NCBI GenBank assembly: GCA_030141605.1
Contig: JAQGDQ010001362.1
Span: 1 to 44,397 of the forward strand
Direction: 5' to 3'
Origin: Tubiluchus corallicola
Lineage: Eukaryota; Animalia; Priapulida
DNA: 44,397 nt
The notes under the pieces were generated by a model, which did no database searches, was not told the DNA's origin, and saw only the letters and a program-made list of their open reading frames with translations. Numbering within the stretch: position 1 is the stretch's first letter; every line of letters begins with the position of its first letter. This document shows, in pieces, positions 31,101 through 41,200 of this stretch. The translations under genes were made by a program, and so were the position numbers.

Positions 31101-34100
31101 ATGTAAAACCTATCTAAGGTAGATACCAATTATCACTACATATGCCAATATTGATACCCCATGTACAACGTTGTAGGAATTACACAAAACGGAAAATAAA
31201 AAGAAACTTTATTCTTGCTTTCGATAGTTATATCAAGTTGGTGTCAACTGATGAAGTCCCTGAGGGATGAAAGCTTCTGAAAAATGAAGAATTTTTTGCG
31301 ACTTAATTCGTACCTTGACTTCTTAGGACGGCTATGACCATGGCAACTCTCAGAAGAGCACTACCGTATTTTCAACCCTATGGCGTGAGCCTTAAACACT
31401 AGCTCTAGTATATATGAACTCTCTAGCACTCTTTTACTAATTGCTGATGCATCTGAACTGCAGAAACATCCAAAGATCGGACACTTCGTGATTTAGAGGG
31501 TGTCATTGTCTTTATGGTGGTGCTGACAAGCCACTGGCGTAGCAGTGTCTAGTTTTTTTTGCTGGATTACTGCTGCGTTTACCTGTCTGAAGGCAGATTT
31601 CTTTTATTTTAGAATTAGTAAAACAAAAACGAAAACTTTTTCTTCTGTCATGTCGTGAACTGATTCACGAGTTTGTTTATGAACTTTATAAACTTTAGCA
31701 ACATTATAACTTTACAGCAAGTTAGACTACAGTGAATTATTTTCTCACCTGACTGGTTTCTGATATGCATTGCCCAAGGTTAACCAGTTTCAATTGATTT
31801 GAGCTTTTACAGTTTTAATCTTGTAGTCACAACGTAGTGTACAGAAAAGACAGTCAATAATAAAGTGTTTGTACCACTAAAAGAGTTTGGTTTATGTTGC
31901 TACATATATTGACTGTGCCTTTTTTGCATGTCATAACGCTAAATTTATTCTTTTTTCGAAAGCGCAATATGCATTTTTTCTGTTCCATATCAACTCAACA
32001 ACCAACTTCCTATTTTAACTAGGTTAACTCCTCAAACGAGTTCCTACAGCTATACGTAAATTAATTCACAATGGCTTCTTTACGGCGGGTGAATCGTGAA
32101 GCCCAAACTTCACAACACGTCAGGTCTTTCACATAGAGTTATTTCCAGCCTTGGACTTTATACCAGGCCTATTCATTTACATGGTTACATGGTTAGTGAG
32201 ACGATACAGGTTTCCTATATACATACTTGCTCTACAAAACTACAGAAGTAATTATGTACTCTTTCTTTAAGTACTTCGTACAGTTATTTATACATAGAAA
32301 ATATTAATTTACTTACTTCGGAAATGAGCTTCCGTCAATAACTGAGATATTGAACTTCTCACCATAGAGTTTAGTTCATGAAACCTAAAGAGCTCATGAA
32401 TACTCAAAATAGAATTCAAAGCTCATTTTAGGTTGTTTAGTTTATTCCAAAGCTGTTCAGAACATGCAAACATTTGCGGTTTCTTCACATAATATTTTTT
32501 ACATTTTGAAACTATAATATCTCTCCACGTCACTTCTTTAAAAAAATACTTGGAAATTTGTTTATTGACATTTCTTGGACAAATTTTACGCGAATAATTA
32601 TCTTATAAGCTTATTGGATAAAGTTATTACCATAGTTACTGTAGTAATCTGGTTACATTATACGTCAGAGCCTTTGGGCAATTGTGGGGTTTCGTATTGA
32701 AAAATACGAGCTAACTTCTTGTACGTGGCCCAAAACAATGTTGTAAACAGTGGTGTAAAACAATGGTGTTTATTGGCTACACTGAATTTTCCAGGTGCAC
32801 CTTGTACTCTTGTGAGGTCTACTTGAACGAAGCATCGTGGCCATTTGTCGACCCACACTGTTTTCTTTATAATTATTAGAAGCTTGTTTTGCGGCGTAAA
32901 CGGTTATTAGTATCATGTGGGCTTGAAAAACCCGATCGATTTGCATTTGTGATTAACTTCGACCGCACGATTGAGTGCACAAAGCAAGAGGGTACAGTGT
33001 CAGCATCTCAGATTCTGGCCAAGGTCACAAAGCTTTCTGAATAAAGTCTTGAAATTAAAAACGACAATAATAGTAGCAGCAAAAACAGACACAAACACGT
33101 AAAAAGACACATAAATTTATAGTTTATTGACCAACAACACAATACAATATACAATACAATGTACATGAAATAAATAATGCATTGTATTGTATATTGCATT
33201 GTGTTGTTGGTCTATAAACTATAAATCTATGTGTGTTTTTACGTGTTTGTGTCTGTTTTTGCTGCTACTTTCTTGTTACTTTTATCTCCTTCTACCATTG
33301 TCGTTTTTAATTTCAAGACTTTATTCAGAAAGCCTTGTGACCTTGGCCAGAATCTGTGATGCTGACCATACGAAATATGAAATAAATCACACATCGCATA
33401 ATGCATCCCAACACTTGGGTATAATCGCCATAATTATTGAAATAGTAAAAGAAGCAGAAGAGGTTAAACAATAAATAATATTTACACGTTTACAAAAATA
33501 ATATAATTACAATAATGTGCTTTTCCTGTCAAATGAGTATGATTTTCTGTGACTAAGGCATTATTTTCTTTTTTTAACACAGTCTGTAATATAGTTTGAA
33601 ATTAAATTTGCAAGTTCACTTTCATTTCCATTCACCAGAAACTTAAATTTTTCCTGTACTGTAAGATTAATACAGTTTGGGAAAATTTCATTGACACGAG
33701 AGAACAGGCTTTTGTCTTAAAAGACTCAGGTAAGTGAAAAGTTCTAATTTCAGAAGCTAATATTAGGTACGTTTACTATCATGTAAAATGATCATTGCAC
33801 ATTTAGCGGAACCACAATTTGCTCTTATTGTTCATACAGTATAGGTGCCTGCATATCAAGATACGAATCAAATTTCATTTTGCTTCCTTGTACAACTAAA
33901 AGCTGAATAGGATATTGATAGGCCAGCCTATCAGATTTAGAAATGTTATTTAAAATAACTGTGACTGTGTGTGGTCCCTGTAGGCCTACACTGTGATAGG
34001 GACTTCTATGCACACTGAGTTTTGTCTGCACGCACACTGAAGCTACCAAACATTTTTTTACCTAATTCTAATTCATATTGAAAATGATTACATGCGAACT

Positions 34101-36005
34101 GCAATTTTCACTGCAAAAAAAATATTTGTCCGATATTTGCAGGGGCGCGCAAATTTTGACAGGGGGCGCCACCCCCACCCCCCTAGTTCCGCCCCTGGTT
34201 ATTTTATTGGTAACTAGATAGGACTAACTAGCTCACGTATAATAAGTACTTCGTAGCGACAAGTACGCTATTCATTTAGCATGTGCCGGGTAGTTGGCAA
34301 GCTTTTGCTAGGCGGTTACAAAACCAACGAGTAATGTAGTCTTGTAATGCACACAGTGATGAATGTGGGATGCTTGTTCAGAGTTTATCACTTGAATAAG
34401 TTGAACAAAACATGTGCAGTGTGGTACTTAAGCATTTTCTAGGCTTGTACAGCAGCGACAGTATAGAAGAATGTATCACATCAAAGGACTGCTGAAACAA
34501 TGGTACAGAACAATTTACTACTCAAAGTACTGCCCAAAAACAATAGCAAATCTAGCATGTCCTCAAAATTTGTCGTAGAAGCCTCGTGCATCTCGCATAA
34601 CCTACAATCTTGCGGGATATAATTGAAACGTGGACTTGCAGAACTCAAGAGCCTACAACACATCTTGCAAATGTCTCACACTTTTTTGTTGAATATACTA
34701 ATGTATGTTATTGGACCATCTAAGTGACCACTAAAACTTAGATGGTCAGCATGTTATTGGACCATCTAAGTGTCCACTCTCTTTTTAGGATAGTTCCCAT
34801 GAGCTTGGCGGGGTTGATATCAGGTGAATTTCCAGGTCATTAAGTTTTATCGAAAAAAATTAATACCCGAGTTTTCAACTCCCTGCTTCGATCACACTCT
34901 TCAAGATTGGAATTTTTGTGAGATGTGCGGCACTTCCACACTAAACTTTGATAGATTTTCCATTCTTTAACGCAGTCCTTTGATATGGTACATTGTTGCT
35001 ATACACACCTAGAAAAGGCTTAAGCACCACTTTGTAGATCTTTGTTCAACTTGTTGTAAGTTGTAAATTCTGAATAAGAGCTGCAGATTCATCACTCCGT
35101 GCATTACAAGACTACATTTAAAAGGCATTTAAAGGACTTGTCAACCTTTCGAGGGCAATGTTTTCTCGTTTAACTTTTTTTCTTTGTGGGACACCATTTC
35201 TTAACCTGTTTGAGCACTTTGTAAATTTTGGCCGAAAAATCGAACTGACTACTATTAATTTTGGCTGCTTTTTATTCACACTTGGAAAGTAGACGAATGA
35301 AATGTTCTTATCCAGTTAGTTGCGACTAGTTAACTAAACGCGTAACACTTCAGCCATATCACCACTGATAAAACTTCAGTTGTTTTCTTGCTTTCTGCAG
35401 GGTCCAACGGTTGTCGCAAACTTTCTTACCAGCATATGGATGACGTATAATGGCACGCCACCATTTCTTGACGACGAAATCATGTATTCCATGACAAGAG
35501 CAAACGTTGCTGGAGATTCCGTCATATACGGGTCTGGCATCGTGTTCGATGAATACGTGTATAGACCTGAATATCGCATGGTAGGTTGTTATTTACCTGC
35601 TAATATAGTTATGCACTTCATTTCTATGTCCAAGAACGCTAATGTACAAAGAACGGACAGTGAAACGCTAATGTACAAAAATGGAAAATGGAATGTAAAT
35701 GTACAAACAGCAGGCAATGGAATGCTAATATGTACAAAGAACGCACAATTGAACGCTAATGTATATTTTTCAATTTTTCAATGGAAACCCAATGTCGTAT
35801 TGTGAATTTGTAAATAACTCTTTAGCTGTTTTTGGACAGTAATAATCATGTTAGGCGATAATAAGTGTGTAGTGAGAATTTGTAAATAATTCTTCAGTTA
35901 TTTTTTGACAGTAATGATCATGTTATATGATCAAAAGTCCTTTTTTGTAGTGATCTGTGGACTGAACCAAAATATCATGTTCGACTATCTCTTAATCAGT
36001 CAATA

Positions 36006-36053
<48 letters not shown>

Positions 36054-37582
36054 TGAGTCCACCAACTATTGCCAGGAAGTTTATACCACTTTTTGTATTT
36101 TTCTTGTTTACTGTTTGACTTCTGAGTAGGACAAGAAGTTGCTTATGACAATTTGGTATCGGTTAGTTCCGATGGCTTCGAAGCCTTTTTTGTACTTAAA
36201 CATACCTTATTTGTTTTCGTTTTTCAGGCCTGCTTTTACACCATGAAAACGGGAGATAGCTTATTGACGTTAGACGCATCAGTTGTCTACAAGTATTTAG
36301 ACTTGAAAGACGTCGTCTGGTGGTGGGGACCAAAAGCTTATTTTTACCCAGAGAGGAATTGGACTGTTCAAGTGCAGAAAAGGTATCAACGAAAAATGCT
36401 GTTCTTGCTGCTGACTCGTTTTCAGACACCTTGCATCCTACGCAACATCTAAGTCTTTTAACAGAACAATGAATCTTATATAGTATGTTAATGTCAATTT
36501 GCTATCAGATGAAGCTTAAAATGTTGCTAAAAGCAATACCCAGTTATATGAGTAGGATACGCAACGTTAATGGGTGATAATGTAATAGTTTCTAGCACAA
36601 CGCCAGACGTCGTCAGTGATGATATTAGCACAAAACAATAATCATTCTAGCATGCCAGAGTCAAAAAGGCTTAGGGTACAAGACAATGAGCACTTCTTCT
36701 TGTAGATATAATGGAAGTGAAATAAGACAATAAGTACTTCTTCTTGTAGATATAATGGAAGTGGAACAAGACAATCGTCACTTCTTCTTGTAGATATAAT
36801 GGAAATGAAATAAGACAATAAACACTTCTTCTTGCAGATATAATGGAAGAGGGACAAAACAATAAGAACTTCTTCTTGCAGATATAATGAAACCGGAATA
36901 AGAACATAAGCACTTCTACTTGTACATACAATGGAAGTGGAACTAGGCAGTAAGCACTTCTTGTACATATAACGGAAGTGGAATAAGACAATAAGCACGT
37001 GTTCTTGTAGATATAATGAAAGTGGAACAAGACAATAAGCCCTTCTACTTGTAGATATAATGGAAGTGGAATAAGAGAATATGCACTTGTACATACAATG
37101 GAAGTGGAACTAGGCAGCAAGCACTTCTTCTTGTACATATAACGGAAGTGGAATAAGACAATAAGCACGTGTTCTTGTAGATATAATGAAAGTGGAATAA
37201 TACATAAGCACTTCTATTTGTAGATACAATGAAAGTGGGATAAGACAATAAGAACTAGTGCTTGTAGATATAATGAAAGTGGAAAAAGACAATAAGCACT
37301 TCTTCTTGTAGATATAATGAAAGTGGAATGAGACAAGAAGCACTTCTTCTTGTACATACAAAGAAAGCGGAACTAGGCAATAAGTACTTCTTTTTGTAGA
37401 TACAATGAAAGTGGAAATCACTTTGCTGAACTGGAAGAATTCAATGAACCACATGTGAAAGTGGAGGACGGTTACTGGACGTTACCATATTATGACTGCG
37501 GAGGGGGTTACATTTGGATGGTGTCTTTGATCCAGCCTGTGTTTATTAGAGACAACACAACTCAGAGAGGGCATCGATTTGG
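27629..37582 (+). CDS. GPR158/GPR179/CG31760-like class C GPCR, N-terminal Cache-like ectodomain, exons 1-5 (3' partial)
   Basis: Exons 27629-27728, 28219-28337, 35401-35580, 36228-36382, 37400-37582 are phase compatible. Signal peptide, ANFLT, RANV...IYGSGIVFD and DGYWTLPYYDCGGGYIWMV motifs. Family assignment is from recall. Confidence 0.82.
27900..28158. repeat. (TGC/TGT)n(GAT)n microsatellite in GPCR intron 1
   Basis: Direct reading. Confidence 0.92.
28219..28337 (+). CDS. GPR158-like exon 2
   Basis: ENARLALEYVERVRTSKCSEGTAEVLPIEFDHTRWNTQAQ|GTAAGA. Confidence 0.8.
28301..28735. repeat. ~63-bp tandem repeat of the GPCR exon 2 donor junction
   Basis: tgagttcgaccacatcagatggaatactcaagcacAG|GTAAGAgcaactgtgatacttcatac, ~6 copies. 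Confidence 0.92.
29020..29150 (+). mobile_element. Possible LINE C-terminal remnant
   Basis: FDVIIRKCVYSLCNRFVTSENNIC resembles L2/CR1-group ORF2 C-termini. Confidence 0.35.
29155..29610. mobile_element. TA-flanked MITE with ~21-bp subterminal repeats, copy 1
   Basis: TA|GGTTTTACATGTCAAAT ... ATTTGACGTGTAAAACC|TA. Confidence 0.8.
30421..31110. mobile_element. Same MITE, inverted, longer copy 2
   Basis: Same TIRs and TA flanks; ~220 bp of extra internal sequence (~30800-31017). Confidence 0.8.
31243..31280 (+). ncRNA. Penelope-type minimal hammerhead ribozyme-like motif
   Basis: CTGATGA-a-GTCCC-tga-GGGAT-GAAA-gct-TC. Confidence 0.4.
32999..33367. repeat. ~370-bp near-perfect foldback palindrome
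   Basis: Arms of ~170 bp around ~33165-33180. Confidence 0.9.
35401..35580 (+). CDS. GPR158-like exon 3
   Basis: GPTVVANFLTSIW...YSMTRANVAGDSVIYGSGIVFDEYVYRPEYRM. Confidence 0.87.
36228..36382 (+). CDS. GPR158-like exon 4
   Basis: ACFYTMK...LDASVVYKYLDLKDVVWWWGPK; strong acceptor, phase 0/2. Confidence 0.85.
36678..37416. repeat. ~44-bp tandem repeat of the GPCR exon 5 acceptor junction (17 copies)
   Basis: aagacaataagcacttcttcttgtAG|atataatggaagtggaat. Confidence 0.95.
37400..37582 (+). CDS. GPR158-like exon 5
   Basis: RYNESG...EDGYWTLPYYDCGGGYIWMVSLIQPVF...HRF|GTAAGT. Confidence 0.9.
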
Positions 37583-37960
37583 GTAAGTGGTGTGACTGTC
37601 TGCACCATAATTTATAACTATACATCAATCACACTACTGTTAGACAAGTGTTTGTAGACGCTTCACAGTTTCCTGTTAGAGTGCATTAACCGACTGATTC
37701 ATCGAATGACCATTTTATCTGACAAGTGGACAATGCACTCGTGATCTGTCACATTCAGTGCTTTTAGTTAACGTTCAGTGTTTCTTTTCCCTAGTTCTAC
37801 CATTTACATTTATCATCTAACATGATAAAGATGTACATCCGTATGGTGTGCGAGCGGTCACGTGCGTATGCTTAACTTCGATTGTTTGGGTGTCATTCGC
37901 CGTAGTTACCCTTGTTGTTTACGTCGTGAATGGATGACTTATATGCATTTTAACGTATAT

Positions 37961-38259
37961 CAAGGGCGTATTAACCAATAGGCTAACTAGGCAATAGCCT
38001 AGGGCGCCAACGTTTGAAGGGCACCACATTTTAAAAAAAATTCTCGGAAAAATGTGTATACTTACATATTCATGTAAAGGACACATTTTATAACACACCA
38101 CAACAGTTATTGAGCAAAGCTTTCATATAAGTGCTACATAATGAACAGGAGCAAGGTATTACACAACAAGCAGTTGCGTGGCCTGCTTGAATATAAACGC
38201 TATGCAAATACATGTAATTTATAACGACTACGTAGAAACTAGGTTAATAGTGTTTTTAA
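37961..38259. mobile_element. Inverted copy of the 1492-1912 MITE, interrupted by the Helitron array
   Basis: Diverged reverse complement of ~1610-1912. Confidence 0.75.
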
Positions 38260-41200
38260 TCTATACTCTTATATTAATATTCTTGGTATCTTAATATATA
38301 TATTTATTTATATATAAGATTCGAGGCTACAGCCCGGACGAGGGCAACATTTGCGGCGATCTATCTATCAAACGAAAGGTCTCGATCTAGTGTCTTCTCA
38401 TTGATATTTTATTTTTCGAATCGGGCCCACCGGGAGGAACGGGGGGCGAAAATCCCCCAAAAATGGCCCTTTTTCGGCCGTTTTTTGCAAAAGTTATACG
38501 GCTGAGATGTAGAGAACGGGAACGGGCCGAGGGGGGTGCTGGGTATGGATAGATAGCCAGTTCAGCGGTGGGTGTAGTAGGGATATTTAGCATTCCCGAG
38601 AGGGCCGCGGCGCCCCGCAACGGGCGTTTTCCCGGACCCAACTCGCGATTTTTTCGAAATTTTGACCAAACAGCCTGCGAGAAAAACGTTCTAGCGTCGC
38701 CCAGTGGGACTCTCGGAAGGAGATATATAGCTCTTTACAAAGAGGAAGGACAGGGCTACACGATGATGTGGACTATATGTTAGGGCAGGTCCACCGAGAG
38801 GAGTATCAACGAGTTAGTTAGGAGTTCTATTTTCGGAAATTTTCACTTAGAAAACTGCTGACGCAAAGGCATTGTTATGACGTCATCCATTGTATTCTGT
38901 CTATAATCTTATAGCTTTAATTCAGCAAAAAGCTGCTACAGGCAAAGTAAACAAACAGTAGACACGATGTTACGGGCTTTGTGTTATAAATGTGGACTAG
39001 GTAGGATGTTCGCATATTATTGATTACACGTGTATTTATACGCAATCTTTTGCGGGGCCTTTGCTATTTATTATATTATAGCACATAGTTTCAACTTTGT
39101 GAAAAATGTTTGGAATGGTTTTGTTGTAATGCTGTGCTGTTGGTGCTTGTGCTATAGGTGTTGTCATCGTTGCCACCACCATCATCATCATCATCATCAA
39201 CATCATGATCACCACGTGAGGTGGTGGATTTGATGTGGTGTGGTGGTGGTGTGCTTTGTGTGTTGTGCTATGGATGGTGTGGTGGGGTGATAGGGTGTGT
39301 GGGGTGTGGTATGGAGTGGGTGGCGTGGTGTGTGGGTGGGTGGGTGTTGTGGTGCGGTGTGGTGTTATGGTGTGGTATGCGGTGTGATGTGGTGGAGTAT
39401 TAGGTGGGTGGTGTGTGGGTGGTGCAGCAGTGGTATGGTGTGGTGCATGGTGATCGTATGGCGTATTGGGTGGTGTGGTATGTGGGTCGCTGCTGCAGCG
39501 GTGTTGTAGGCAGTGTGGTGGAGATGCATGGTGTGGGAGGTGTGGGGGTGGTGGCGTGGCAGTGTGGTGTTATGGTGTGGTGCTGTGCGGTGTGATGTGG
39601 TGGAGTATTATGGTGTGGGTGGTGTGGTGTGTGGTGTGTGGTGGCAGCAGTGGTATGGTGCGTGACGCATGGTGGCGGTGTGGGCGGTGTGGTGTGGTGT
39701 GTGGTGGTGCGTGTGCTGCAGCGTATGGTGTGGGCGGTGTGGTGTGTAGGGGGTATGGTGGTGCAGTGTGTTATGGTGTGGTGCTGTGGTGTGGTGGTGG
39801 TGTTATGGTGTGGGCGCGGTGTGGTGTTATGGTGTGGTGCTGTGCGGTGTGATGTGGTGGAGTATTATGGTGTGGGTGGTGTGGTGTGGTGTGTGGGTGG
39901 TGCAGTGGTATGGTGTGGTGCAGTGTGGTGTGAAGTGGTGGAGTGGTATGGTGTGTGTGGTGTGGTGTGTAGGTGGTATGGTGTGGTGCGGTGTGGTGGT
40001 ATTGTGTGGTGCGATGAGGTGGAGAGGTATGGTGTGGTGCAGTGTGGTGTGATGAGGTGGAGTGGTGTGGTGTGGGTTGTGTGTTGATTTGTGCACAAAA
40101 TTCTTTTTGTGGGGTTTGGCTAGTCTATATATTAATATTCTTGGTATGGGCTTAATATATAAGATTCGAGGCTACAGCCCAGACGAGGGCACCATTTGCG
40201 GCGATCTATATATCAAACGAAAGGTCTCGATCTAGTGTCTTCTCATTGATGGTTTATTTTTCGAATCGGGCCCACCGGGAGGAACGGGGGGCGAAAAACC
40301 TCCAAAAATCGCCCTTTTTCGGCCGTTTTTTGCAAAAGTTATACGGCTGAGATGTAGAGAACGGGAATGGGCCGAGGGGGGTACTGGGTATGGATAGATA
40401 GCCCGTTCAGCGGAGGGTGTAGTAGGCATATTTAGAATTCCCGAGAGGGCCACGGCGCCCCGCAACGGGCGTTTTCCCGGACCCAACTCGCGATTTTTTC
40501 GAAATTTTGACCAAACAGCATGCGGGAAAAACGTTCTAGCGGCGCCCGGTGGGACTCTCGGAAGGAGATATATAGCTCTTTACAAAGAGGAAGGACAGGG
40601 CTACACGATGGTGTGAGCTATATTTTAGGGCAGGTCCACCGAGAGGAGTATCAACGAGTTAGTTAGGAGTTCTATTTTCGGCAATTTTCACTTAGAAAAC
40701 TGTTGACGCAAAGGCATTGTTGTGACGTCATCCATTGTATTCTGTCTATAATCTTATAACTTTAATTCAGCAAAAAGCTACAGGCTTTGCGTTAGTTAAA
40801 CAAACAGTAGACACGATGTTACGGGCTTTGTGTTATAAATGTGGACTAGGTAGGATGTTCGCGTATTATTGATTACACGTGTATTTATACGCAAAATCTT
40901 TTGCGGGGCCTTTGCTATTTATTATATTATAGCACATAGTTTCAAATTTGTGAAAAATGTTTGGAATGGTTTTGTTGTAATGCTGTGCTGTTGGTGCTTG
41001 TGCTATAGGTGTCGTCATCGTTGCCACCATCATCATCAACATCATGATCACCACGTGAGGTGGTGGATTTGATGTGGTGTGGCGGTGGTGTGCTTTGTGT
41101 GTTGTGCTATGGATGGTGTGGTGGGGTGATAGGGTGTGTGGGGTGTGGTGTGGGTAGTGTGGTATGGAGTGGGTGGTGTGGTGTGGTGTGTGGGTGGTGT

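Noticed and set aside
36642-37454. Minus-strand hydrophobic ORFs
   Set aside because: Antisense translations of the 44-bp repeat.
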